Shown: positions 42,812 through 51,511 of the stretch, piece by piece
Layout of the letters: each line of letters opens with the position of its first letter
Numbering within the stretch: the first letter of the stretch is position 1
Origin: Bacillota bacterium
Lineage (GTDB): Bacteria > Bacillota > Dethiobacteria > Dethiobacterales > Dethiobacteraceae
Length of the DNA stretch: 64,000 nt
NCBI GenBank assembly: GCA_018725565.1
Contig: QLUR01000006.1
Coordinates: 7,902-71,901, forward strand
Reading direction: 5' to 3'
Notes under the pieces: generated by a model
Seen by the model: the letters and a program-made list of their open reading frames with translations, nothing else
What the model was told of the DNA's origin: nothing
Databases searched by the model: none
Translations under genes and position numbers: made by a program

Positions 42812-44453
42812 TTAAGCATTCAGCCGGCAGCCGTACACACACCCCGTATAAAGCCGCCTGGAAAAATAGTAGGCAAGAATTGCAAACAGCAGCAGGGATG
42901 CAGCAATAAACCAAACTCCCAACTGCCAGAACGCTGCCAGCAGCAACGAGGCCCCCCAAACCAGCGCGGCCATGCGCAAAGTAAACCCGACCACACTGCA
43001 GCAAATGCTTTTCTCCATGGCCAGATCGCCGGGAGGAATTTGCGCGATTCCGGCCGTTATCCGGCCGTTTAACAGGCGATACATGGCCAGGATAAGTGCC
43101 ACTCCCAATACAAAAAACAGGAAGGCCAGAGGCAACTCCCTATTCAGGAAGGCTGCGACCAGCAGGCCCACATAAGCCAGCAGCAGGGCCGTAAAGATGC
43201 TGACCGGCTCCTGTTCCTCCTTATCCGACAAGATGACCGGCCTCATCACACCGGAAACGGTTTTTGCGGCAAACTTCCAGGTAGTAGGAACGGTACGGGA
43301 AAAGGCCCGCTGGATGACGGCCGAATTGCGCATGAACAACGGAGCAAGCAGTGTCATCACCAAAACGTATAAACCGGTAAAATTATAGAGCAGCGGAGAG
43401 ATCACCCCGGCCGCGAGGCCCAGCGTGGCATAAATCATGGCGTACTCCCCGCGGGCGACCATCCCCGCTCCTATGGCCACCGCCTTGCGGGGGGACAGCC
43501 CGCTGATAAAGGAAGCCGCGGAAGTCACCACAACTTCCGCCATTATGGATAGGGGAGCAAACAACGCCACATACAATGCCACCTGCGGAAAAACCAGCGG
43601 GTTTAAGTGCATCCCAAAAGAAAGAAAAAAAACGACCAAAAAGGCGTCTCTGAAAGGCGCGAGAGTCTGATGCAACCTCTCCACCAACTCTTTCTGGTCA
43701 ATAATCATCCCCAGCACAAAGGCGCCGGCCGCGGCAACTATCCCTAACTGCAGGCTTCCGGCAGCCACCAGCAGCAACATGCCAAACAGGGCGGCAATAA
43801 ACAGCTCCTCGCTGTCAATTTGCGCCAGCCTCTTGGAAATTTTCCCTAGCAGCCGTGCGCCCAGGGTTAAAAACAGGCCGTAAAACAACACCGCCTTCAC
43901 AACCGCGAGCAGCACCGTATCCAGTGTTACCGCCTGGGCCGCCACAATGCCCGATAACACGCCCAAGTAAATCACGGCGATAAAATCCTCATAAACCATG
44001 ATCCCCATCAGAATTTCCGCCTCGCGGGAGGCGGTGCGCTTCATTTCAAACAGCAGCTTGGCTACCACGCCGGAGGAACTCATCGCCATGATGCCAGCCA
44101 GAAAAAGCCGGTCTGTCTGGGGCCAGCCCACCAGATACCCGGCCAAAAACCCTACCGCCAAGTTGGCCAGCAGTTCCGTGGAACCAATAAACAACACCGA
44201 GCGCCTAACCCCGTTGCAGGCGTTTAAGTGAAAACTCCAGCCCCAGAAAAAACATTAAAAGTACAACGCCAACCTCACCCAGCATTGTGATCACGTTCGG
44301 GTTGCGGATCAGGTCAAAGGCATACGGACCAAGCACCATCCCCAATATCACATAACCGACAATCACCGACTGGCCAAGCCGCCGGGAGAGCATTGCGCCC
44401 ACAAAGCCGGCGGCAAGAACTATCCCTAAGTCCAGGAGCAATACGTTACCCAT
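42812..44453 (-). pseudogene. CPA2 (Kef/KhtU-type) monovalent cation:proton antiporter, split by a +1 frameshift at a 4-nt homopolymer
   Basis: ORF 44205..44453 (TM1-2, ...LGLEFSLKRLQRG*) and ORF 42812..44197 (rest of Na_H_Exchanger domain plus ~4 extra TM) are consecutive parts of one protein; removing one C from CCCC at 44209-44212 restores ...LKRLQRVRRSVLFIGSTELL... Confidence 0.75.
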
Positions 44454-44455
44454 GG

Positions 44456-44695
44456 CTACTCCCGCTGGCTTTCAGCCGCCGGCTTGTAATAGGCTCCGCC
44501 CAGAATGGCGCCAAGCTGCCTGGCCTCCTCATCCTGTAAAACCACGCTGGCCAGAGGCTCATCCTCTTGATCCAGCACATAAAGCTCCCTTTTGCCCTCA
44601 TGATGAATAATTACAACCAGCCGCTGCTTGCTGTAAGTGTTCAGCACAAACTTCTTGCCTACCCCCGGCAGGTCACACTCCCGCAGACCAGACAT
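44456..44695 (-). CDS. KhtT/YhaT-like antiporter regulatory subunit, N-domain only
   Basis: ORF 44456..44752; from ATG 44693-44695: MSGLRECDLPGVGKKFVLNTYSKQRLVVIIHHEGKRELYVL...VVLQDEEARQLGAILGG; no TrkA_C/RCK_C domain follows. Confidence 0.6.
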   Translation of the reverse strand: MSGLRECDLPGVGKKFVLNTYSKQRLVVIIHHEGKRELYVLDQEDEPLASVVLQDEEARQLGAILGGAYYKPAAESQRE

Positions 44696-44871
44696 CTCCA
44701 GCCACCCTCTCTTCCATTTGGTTACTGCCGCGTTTCTGCAAATACCCCACATCCAACCTCACGATAATTTTAGCACAGGCCGCGCCGGCTGGCAAACACT
44801 ACCTGGTCCACAGACTTGCTTCGGCTGGGCGCCCCTTGGAGGGCATTTTGTTACGCCTTGTTACTACAGGC

Positions 44872-44899
44872 AAAAGTGCCCGATCACTGGGCACTTTTT
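44872..44899. terminator. bidirectional intrinsic terminator
   Basis: AAAAGTGCCC-gatcact-GGGCACTTTTT, A/T runs on both sides, in the 320-nt gap between thiF stop and khtT-like start. Confidence 0.75.
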
Positions 44900-45073
44900 C
44901 TTACAACTTGTTGCTGCTATATGGGTTGCTCCTGGTGAGCCTTGTTGAAATTGGGATAGGGGCCAGCGATTAAGCGCTGACCCTCTCACGCCATCGAACA
45001 GGCCGGTCGGCATACAGCACCAACTACCATGCCCGGCTTGGTTTGAAAACAATTATGCAAATTGAGACGCATT

Positions 45074-45874
45074 TTATTCGCAGGAAGGCTGTTCATAGTT
45101 TTCCGGCAGCAGTTCAGTAATGGCAGGATGTTCTCCGCAAACGGCGCAAGACGGACGGCGGCCGATTCTGACCTCTGTAAATTCCATGGCGGACGCGTCA
45201 AAAACAAGCAGGCGCCCAAGTAAAGGCTCACCGGCGCCAAGCAGCCACTTGAGCGCCTCCGCCGCCTGAATGAGGCCGATTATGCCAGGCACCACATTAA
45301 ACACTCCCGCCTCCTGACAGGTTGGCACAGCACCGGGAAGGGGGGCGGCTGGAAACACACACCGGTAGCAGGGTGCCCGCGGCGGATAAAAAACGGAGGC
45401 GTGGCCGTCAAAGCGCAGGACACTTCCGTAAAAGTAGGGCTTGTTGTATAGCACCGCCGCGTCGCTGACCAGGTAGCGGGTGATAAAGTTGTCACAGCCG
45501 TCAATAACCAGGTCATATTGGGGCAGGATTTGACTGATTGACCCGGCTGTGGCTGTATATTGATAGGGAATGACAGTCACACCCGGGTTGAGCAGCGCTA
45601 TTTTATTTTTGGCCGATTCCACCTTGAGCAGTCCGACATCCGCCGTGGAGTGGATAAGCTGGCGCTGCAGGTTGGAGAGGTCCACCCGGTCAGGATCCAT
45701 GATGCCAAGCGTTCCCACGCCGGCGGCGGACAGGTATTGGGCCGCCACCGAGCCAAGCCCTCCGGCGCCGATCAGCAGCACTTTGGCGGCCAGCAGTTTT
45801 TCCTGGCCGCGGCCGCCTATTTCCGGGAGCAGAAGGTGTCGGCTGTAACGGAAAATTTGCTCGTCAGTCAGCAT
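45074..45874 (-). CDS. thiF: ThiF/MoeB-family adenylyltransferase
   Basis: ORF 45074..46081 trimmed to ATG 45872-45874 (MLTDEQIFRYSRHLLLPEIG...LLIGAGGLGS); two CxxC pairs (CYRC, CAVCG). Confidence 0.85.
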   Translation of the reverse strand: MLTDEQIFRYSRHLLLPEIGGRGQEKLLAAKVLLIGAGGLGSVAAQYLSAAGVGTLGIMDPDRVDLSNLQRQLIHSTADVGLLKVESAKNKIALLNPGVTVIPYQYTATAGSISQILPQYDLVIDGCDNFITRYLVSDAAVLYNKPYFYGSVLRFDGHASVFYPPRAPCYRCVFPAAPLPGAVPTCQEAGVFNVVPGIIGLIQAAEALKWLLGAGEPLLGRLLVFDASAMEFTEVRIGRRPSCAVCGEHPAITELLPENYEQPSCE

Positions 45875-45875
45875 T

Positions 45876-46115
45876 TTATTCACCACCGCATTTTTCAACA
45901 TATAACAAGTATGTATCCTCATCCAGCCGATCAAGCGAAAGAATTTTGTGGCCGCCGCAGGCCAGGCTGCGCGGCACGTTTTTGGCCGCCTCGCCGGCGG
46001 CAAGATGTACCTCCAAAATGTCGCCGCCCGCCAATTCTTCAAGCGCCAGCAAAGCCCTGACCAGTGTGACGGGGCAGGCATCGGCGGTTACATCAAGCCT
46101 CTTCTTCGGCTGCAC
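45876..46115 (-). CDS. TusA/SirA-like sulfur-carrier protein
   Basis: ORF 45876..46169 trimmed to GTG 46113-46115 (6 nt after AAGGAGGG); LDVTADACPVTLVRALLALEELAGGDILEV, i.e. TusA fold with CPVT in place of the usual CPxP. Confidence 0.65.
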   Translation of the reverse strand: MQPKKRLDVTADACPVTLVRALLALEELAGGDILEVHLAAGEAAKNVPRSLACGGHKILSLDRLDEDTYLLYVEKCGGE

Positions 46116-46342
46116 GCACTTCCCTCCTTGCGCCAGTAAGCGGCGCAATCTTATTTTATCATTAAACAAAAATAATTACAGTGACTTTTTATTGAAAACG
46201 CAGAGTGAACCTGCGCTTTCCCAATGACGCCCGGCAGCGCACGCTGGCAATAATTTCCCATAGCCAGGTTTGACGAATTATGTTAAAATCAAGGTGTGTT
46301 GCTGCCAATTTTCACTAATTTTCGACCAAAGAGGTGACTTGC

Positions 46343-48043
46343 TTGCGGAAACGTCTGCCTGTTCTCCTTTCCCTGCTCCTTTTTATTGTTGTTTTAAGTG
46401 CGGGATTTACAGTTTTTGCCGCTGCCAGGCGCACGGCCACGGTTAATGTCGACACACTGAACGTCCGTTCCGGCCCCGGCCTGCAACACAGCCGTATCAG
46501 CCAGGTTGTGCGGGGAAATACAGTGCCCGTATTGACAGAACGGACCGGTTGGCTCGAGGTTCGCCTGCCCGATGGACGCAGCGGATGGGTGGCCGCACAG
46601 CACGTCTCAGTCAGGGAAAACCCTGCCGTGAGCAGTACCGGCGGAGCGAGAGCAGTTGTCAATGTCGGAGTGCTCAACGTCCGCTCAGGTCCCGCCGCAA
46701 CTTTCAGCCGCCTGACCACCGCTATGCGCGGCAGCCTGCTCCCGATACTCTCCCGGCAGGGGGACTGGCTGCAGGTACGCCTGCCTGACGGGCGGAACGG
46801 ATGGGTGGCCGCACAACATACTGCCATCCGGAATGCAACACAGCCGGTTCCTGCACCCGCGCCTGCCGTCCAGGTACCGGTCCCGTCAGTGCCGGCTTCC
46901 CAACCGCCCGTTTCAGGCGTTCCCGCTCCTTCAGGCGCAACCGGTACCGTTACGGTAAATGTGCCTGTTTTAAATGTGCGCAGCGGACCGGATGCTTCAT
47001 TCGCGCGTCTTGGCACCGTTTCGCGCGGGACAAGGCTTTCTGTTCAGGGCAGTCAGGGGGACTGGCTGCAGGTGCGCCTGCCCGAAGGTCTTAGCGGTTG
47101 GGTTTTTGCTACATATACCGGAGCCGGTGCGCCTCAGCCGGCGCCGGTAGCTTCGCCGGCTGAACAATCGCCGCAGTTACCGGAAACGGTGCCGCCCGAC
47201 CCGTCCGCCACCCCTGCAGGACGACTGGTTTCCGTTGCAGTGGACGGTTCGACAGTCTGGTCAGGTCCGGGCTTTGAAACAAGGCAAATTTCCACTCTTC
47301 CGCAGGGGACAAGCCTGACGGTGGTGAATGAACAGGGTGACTGGCTGCAGGTACGCTTAAGCGGCGGAGAACTGGGCTGGATAGCTTCCTGGCTTACTAC
47401 GGCAGGTACAACGACTGCTCCTCAGACCCCTCCGACTGAACCCCAGCCGGCTCTGCAACAGCCGGCACAGCCTTCACCGCTGTCCGGCAGGACCATCGTC
47501 CTTGACCCAGGGCACGGTATCAACCCCGCGCACGGCAACTTCTCCGGTGCGGTAGGTGTCACCGGCCTGGTGGAAGATGTAGTGGTGCTGGACGTTTCCC
47601 TCCAGGCGGCGGAACTGCTGCGTCAGGCGGGGGCTGATGTGGTGCTGACACGTTCTGATACCACGCTTGCACTCAGGCAACGGGTAGCCATTGCTGAACA
47701 GGCGCGAGCTCACGTTTTTGTCAGCGTTCATGCCAACGCCCACCTTAACAGAGCCGTTTCCGGCACGGAAACGTTTTACTTCCAGGGCAAGCCAAACGAT
47801 ACTGAAAACTACTGGCTGGCCGCCCATCTGCAAAATGAGCTGGTGCGGGCGCTGGGCTTGCCGGACCTCGGCGTCAAGCACGGTAATTTTCATGTCATCC
47901 GTGAAACCACCATGCCATCCGCTCTGGTAGAGCTTGGCTTCCTTTCTAACGCCGGCGACGAAGCATTGCTGCGGACCGCACAGTCCAGGGCCGCTGCCGC
48001 CCGCGCCATTTTCCTGGCTTTGCAACGCTTTTTTCAGACATAA
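46343..48043 (+). CDS. secreted N-acetylmuramoyl-L-alanine amidase (Amidase_3) with four N-terminal SH3b repeats
   Basis: ORF 46334..48043; signal peptide RKRLPVLLSLLLFIVVLSAGFTVFAA; 4x (LNVRSGP...GDWLQVRLP.G..GWV); C-terminal IVLDPGHG...SVHANA...ETTMPSALVELGFLSN. Confidence 0.88.
   Translation: MRKRLPVLLSLLLFIVVLSAGFTVFAAARRTATVNVDTLNVRSGPGLQHSRISQVVRGNTVPVLTERTGWLEVRLPDGRSGWVAAQHVSVRENPAVSSTGGARAVVNVGVLNVRSGPAATFSRLTTAMRGSLLPILSRQGDWLQVRLPDGRNGWVAAQHTAIRNATQPVPAPAPAVQVPVPSVPASQPPVSGVPAPSGATGTVTVNVPVLNVRSGPDASFARLGTVSRGTRLSVQGSQGDWLQVRLPEGLSGWVFATYTGAGAPQPAPVASPAEQSPQLPETVPPDPSATPAGRLVSVAVDGSTVWSGPGFETRQISTLPQGTSLTVVNEQGDWLQVRLSGGELGWIASWLTTAGTTTAPQTPPTEPQPALQQPAQPSPLSGRTIVLDPGHGINPAHGNFSGAVGVTGLVEDVVVLDVSLQAAELLRQAGADVVLTRSDTTLALRQRVAIAEQARAHVFVSVHANAHLNRAVSGTETFYFQGKPNDTENYWLAAHLQNELVRALGLPDLGVKHGNFHVIRETTMPSALVELGFLSNAGDEALLRTAQSRAAAARAIFLALQRFFQT
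46436..47395 (+). repeat. four tandem SH3b-domain coding repeats (~58 codons each, P/A/Q-rich linkers)
   Basis: approx. 46436-46609, 46652-46825, 46943-47119, 47225-47395; DNA-level identity visible, e.g. GGATGGGTGGCCGCACA (twice) and GGGGACTGGCTGCAGGT (repeats 2 and 3; GGTGACTGGCTGCAGGT in repeat 4). Confidence 0.85.
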
Positions 48044-48089
48044 ATAACCTGCTTCACGGGTATAACAGTAACGCGCCCGTTGTCTTTTA

Positions 48090-48302
48090 TTAGTATCTGC
48101 TCTTTAAGCGCCGCTTTAAACGAACAAGGTAATAAACAACCGATGCTGCTGCCGCTCCGCCAAGCACTGAGATAAAGAACACAATAGCCAGGGAGGCCTC
48201 AAAGCTCCAGAACAGAAAAACAATAGCCACCGGAGCTGCATTTTGTACAGAGAAGACTGCCGCCAGTGTCACTATCAGCAAGAGAAAGATAATCAGCGTC
48301 AT
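48090..48302 (-). CDS. small LapA-domain (DUF1049) membrane protein
   Basis: ORF 48090..48404 trimmed to ATG 48300-48302 (GAGGAGGTG SD); two TM helices then basic tail LVRLKRRLKSRY. Confidence 0.6.
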   Translation of the reverse strand: MTLIIFLLLIVTLAAVFSVQNAAPVAIVFLFWSFEASLAIVFFISVLGGAAAASVVYYLVRLKRRLKSRY

Positions 48303-48386
48303 TTCGTACACCTCCTCTCTCTGAACAGGTTCAATGGGTACGTTAAAATTGTCTTTACACCAGGAAGAAATAAAATTATAATTAAA

Positions 48387-48526
48387 GTGTACGCAACATC
48401 GCAAGAATTTGCGTACACGGGTGACAGAACGTCACCCCGACGATCGTGAGATCGTCGGGAGGTCAACGGAAAACCACTCTTTTCCGTTGACCGAAACGTC
48501 GAAAATGCAGGACGGATTATCGACGT
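48387..48526. other. array of five consecutive perfect inverted repeats (stems 10, 7, 8-9, 13 and 7 bp)
   Basis: GTGTACGCAA/TTGCGTACAC (48387-48418); GGGTGAC/GTCACCC (48419-48437); CGACGATC-GTGA-GATCGTCG (48438-48457); GGTCAACGGAAAA/TTTTCCGTTGACC (48461-48492); ACGTCGA/TCGACGT (48496-48526). Confidence 0.8.
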
Positions 48527-48540
48527 CATATAATAAAACA

Positions 48541-48684
48541 CACGTTGCTAGGGGCGCCGGCAGGCTGAGAAAGGGATTTCCCTTTACCCTTGGAACCTGA
48601 TGTGGGTAATTCCACCGTAGGGAAGCAACCGACCTGCATCTTTCCATGATGCAATAAAGCTGACCTGCAGGTCGGCTTTTGAAT
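48541..48684 (+). promoter_or_regulatory. TPP (THI-box) riboswitch with terminator expression platform
   Basis: P1 GTTGCT(48544-49)/AGCAAC(48624-29); core GGGGCGCCGGCAGGCTGAGAAAGGG...ACCCTTGGAACCTGATGTGGGTAATTCCACCGTAGGGAAGC; terminator AAAGCTGACC-TGCA-GGTCGGCTTTT (48656-48680); TATAAT at 48529-48534 upstream; thiS follows. Confidence 0.9.
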
Positions 48685-48698
48685 TTGGAGGCAAAAAG

Positions 48699-48899
48699 AT
48701 GAGAATTGTATTAAACGGCAAAGAAACATGCTGGCCGGAAGAAACAGAGATGCTTACTTTTATCCGTAATTGCGGTTTTAACCAAGAGAGAGTGGTTGTC
48801 CAGCACAATGGCAGAATCCTGACCAGGGAAGAGTGGACCGGCGTGTCCGTGCAGGAGGATGACCGGATTGACGTTTTGCAGTTTGTGGGTGGTGGCTGA
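48699..48899 (+). CDS. thiS: sulfur carrier protein ThiS
   Basis: 66 aa ending in GG (…LQFVGGG), first gene after the TPP riboswitch. Confidence 0.9.
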   Translation: MRIVLNGKETCWPEETEMLTFIRNCGFNQERVVVQHNGRILTREEWTGVSVQEDDRIDVLQFVGGG

Positions 48900-48901
48900 T
48901 T

Positions 48902-49666
48902 ATGGATAACCTTGTTATCGGCGGACGGCAGATAGTCAACCGGCTTTTCCTCGGTACAGGGAAGTTTTCTTCCTATGATTTAATCCCCGACGTTATCGGC
49001 AGCTCAGGCGCACAGGTCGTTACCGTGGCGCTGCGCCGGGTAGACCCGGGCACAGCATCAGAAAACATGCTGGCGTATGTACCTGATAACTGCATCGTCA
49101 TGCCCAACACTTCCGGGGCGCGCACCGCTGATGAGGCTATACAGATTGCCCGGCTGGCACGGGCCATGGGCTGCGGGAACTGGATAAAGATTGAAGTAAT
49201 TAGCGACAATAAATATCTCCTGCCTGACAACGAAGAGACAATTTGTGCCACACGGACGCTGGCCGCTGAGGGCTTTGTCGTTCTCCCTTACATGAATCCT
49301 GACTTGACCGCAGCCAGGAAAATGCTGGATTGCGGTGCCGCCGCCGTCATGCCGTTAGGTTCCCCCATAGGATCAAACCGCGGCCTGAAGACCAGGGAGC
49401 TGGTGCAGATTATGATTGACGAACTTGCCGCGCCGGTCATCGTCGATGCCGGTCTTGGCAAACCTTCTGATGCAGCCGAGGCAATGGAGATGGGAGCGGC
49501 GGCTGTGCTGGTCAATACCGCTATTGCCACGGCAGAAGACCCGGTCCTGATGGCCGGAGCTTTTTCGCTGGCTGTTAAAGCTGGCCGAATGGCTTATCTC
49601 GCCGGGCTTGGGGGGGAGTCCGCCTTGGCCAGGGCCTCCTCGCCGCTTACCGGGTTTCTGTTTTAG
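48902..49666 (+). CDS. thiG: thiazole synthase
   Basis: 254 aa, [26 protein letters not shown] motifs. Confidence 0.92.
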   Translation: MDNLVIGGRQIVNRLFLGTGKFSSYDLIPDVIGSSGAQVVTVALRRVDPGTASENMLAYVPDNCIVMPNTSGARTADEAIQIARLARAMGCGNWIKIEVISDNKYLLPDNEETICATRTLAAEGFVVLPYMNPDLTAARKMLDCGAAAVMPLGSPIGSNRGLKTRELVQIMIDELAAPVIVDAGLGKPSDAAEAMEMGAAAVLVNTAIATAEDPVLMAGAFSLAVKAGRMAYLAGLGGESALARASSPLTGFLF

Positions 49667-49745
49667 CCTGTTGTACCGATGACCGGCCAAGTATGAGAAA
49701 ACTTTCTATAATTAAGTATGGTGTCCCTTAAATGGAGGTAAGCGA

Positions 49746-50882
49746 ATGGGGTTTTATGCGCTGCTTGAACAAAGCAAAACAAAAGACCTGGCTCAACTTC
49801 TGGACTCAGTGACAGAGCGGGATGTTGCCTGTTCTCTAGCTAAAAGCAGGCTATCAACCCGCGATTTTTTGTCTTTGCTGGCACCGGCGGCCAAAGGGTG
49901 CCTGGAGCAGATGGCTGTTAAAGCGCGTTCCCTTACCCGGCAACATTTCGGACAGGTGATCTTTTTGTACGCGCCCCTCTATGCGGCCGACTTTTGCGAA
50001 AACAACTGCCTTTACTGCAGTTTCAGCACCGCTCATGATTACAGGCGCAAAAAGCTGACTATGCAAGAGCTGGAAGACCAGGCGAAGGCCCTGGCTAAAA
50101 TGGGCCTTAAAGCTGTTTTGCTCCTGACCGGTGAATCTCGGTCGTTTACTCCAGCAGCTTATCTTAAAGACTGCATCCGGTTACTGCAAAAGTTTTTTAC
50201 TTCTGTTTCTGTTGAGGTGTACCCTCTGACAGAGGCAGAATACAGGGAACTGGCTGAAGCGGGCCTGGACGGTGTCACCGTTTACCAGGAGGTATACAAC
50301 GAAACTGTCTATCGCCGGATGCACCCGCAGGGGCCAAAGGCCGACTTTCGCTATCGCCTGGAAACTGCGGAACGGGCTTGTCGCGCCGGGGTAAGGACAG
50401 TAAGTATCGGGGCGTTGCTTGGCCTTGATGACTGGCGCCGGGAAGCGTTTTTTACCGGCCTGCACGCTCAATACCTGCAAGACACCTACCCGGCCGTGGA
50501 GCTTGGCGTGTCTGTGCCAAGGATACAGCCGCACCTGGGCAGTTTTGCCGCGCCCGCTCCTTTGGCAGACAGCGAACTGGTCCAGATTATCCTCGCGCTG
50601 CGCCTGTTTTTGCCGCGCGTCGGGATTGCTCTGTCAACCCGGGAACGGCCGGCTTTGCGGGACGCCCTAGTCGGGCTTGGCATAACCCGAATGTCCGCCT
50701 GCTCCAGCACAGTGGTAGGAGGCTATACGGCAAAAGGCAAGCAGGTAGCCCAGTTCGCTGTCTCAGACAGCCGCAGCGTGGAAGAAATCAGGCAAATGCT
50801 GAAAGCATCCGGCTACCAGCCGGTAGCCCAGGACTGGCATACATTACCGCAGGGCAAGGAGGTGCACCATGTCAGGCAGTAA
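49746..50882 (+). CDS. thiH: 2-iminoacetate synthase (radical SAM tyrosine lyase)
   Basis: 378 aa, radical-SAM CENNCLYCSF, ThiH length and thi operon context. Confidence 0.88.
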   Translation: MGFYALLEQSKTKDLAQLLDSVTERDVACSLAKSRLSTRDFLSLLAPAAKGCLEQMAVKARSLTRQHFGQVIFLYAPLYAADFCENNCLYCSFSTAHDYRRKKLTMQELEDQAKALAKMGLKAVLLLTGESRSFTPAAYLKDCIRLLQKFFTSVSVEVYPLTEAEYRELAEAGLDGVTVYQEVYNETVYRRMHPQGPKADFRYRLETAERACRAGVRTVSIGALLGLDDWRREAFFTGLHAQYLQDTYPAVELGVSVPRIQPHLGSFAAPAPLADSELVQIILALRLFLPRVGIALSTRERPALRDALVGLGITRMSACSSTVVGGYTAKGKQVAQFAVSDSRSVEEIRQMLKASGYQPVAQDWHTLPQGKEVHHVRQ

Positions 50883-51510
50883 GGGCTTTCCCGAGACCGA
50901 CCTGTACGGCATTACCGCGGCTCTTCTTTCCCGTGGCCGCAGCAACGTGGAAGTGGTGCGCGAGATGATTAAGGCCGGTATCAGCATCATTCAGTACCGG
51001 GAAAAAGAACGCAACATGCGGGAAAAGTACATGGAGTGCCTGGAGATCAGAAAACTGACCAGGGAGGCCGGGGTAATGCTGATTGTGAATGACCACCTGG
51101 ATTTGGCTCTTGCTGTGGAGGCGGACGGCCTGCACCTTGGGCAAGACGACCTCCCTTTGCCGCAAGCGAGAAAACTAGCCACTCCTCGCCTGCTGCTCGG
51201 CATCTCCACTCACTCCCCTGACCAGGCCAAAGCTGCGGCAGCTGGAGGGGCTGACTACCTTGGCGTGGGCCCGATTTTTGCCACTCAGACCAAGAAGGAT
51301 GTCTGTGCACCTGTCGGCTTGGAATACCTGGAGTATGTAGCCCGTAACATTAGTTTGCCTTTTGTGGCAATCGGCGGCATTAAAGAGCATAATATAGCCC
51401 TGGTTCGAGGCAGGGGTGCCACTTGCTGCGCGCTGGTCAGTGATATTGTGGGCGCACCGGACATTATCAGCAAAGTGCGAGGCTTGCGGGAGAAGTGCCG
51501 CTCCGCATAG
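50869..51510 (+). CDS. thiE: thiamine-phosphate synthase
   Basis: 213 aa, LYGIT..., IQYREK, NDHLDLALAVEADGLHLGQDD, GVGPIFAT, AIGGI. Confidence 0.9.
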   Translation: MSGSKGFPETDLYGITAALLSRGRSNVEVVREMIKAGISIIQYREKERNMREKYMECLEIRKLTREAGVMLIVNDHLDLALAVEADGLHLGQDDLPLPQARKLATPRLLLGISTHSPDQAKAAAAGGADYLGVGPIFATQTKKDVCAPVGLEYLEYVARNISLPFVAIGGIKEHNIALVRGRGATCCALVSDIVGAPDIISKVRGLREKCRSA

Positions 51511-51511
51511 G

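Noticed and set aside
45875-46081. Long N-terminal extension of ThiF in the ORF track (335 aa).
   Set aside because: The extension is antisense-like low-complexity sequence overlapping the TusA-like gene. The canonical ThiF N-terminus MLTDEQIFRYSRH starts at 45874.
46315-47016. 233-aa ORF antisense to the SH3b-amidase gene. Similar long antisense ORFs occur at 61644..63278, 19535..20446, 6499..7161, 4977..5576, 14497..15102 and 54096..54656.
   Set aside because: All lie opposite genes with unambiguous family motifs. They have Arg/Pro/Ala/Gly-rich low-complexity translations typical of high-GC antisense frames, no SD and no recognisable domains.
46436-47395. Regularly spaced DNA repeats that could be mistaken for a CRISPR-like or tandem-repeat array.
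   Set aside because: They are in frame and encode four SH3b domains with P/A/Q linkers. The units are ~290 nt apart and only partially identical.
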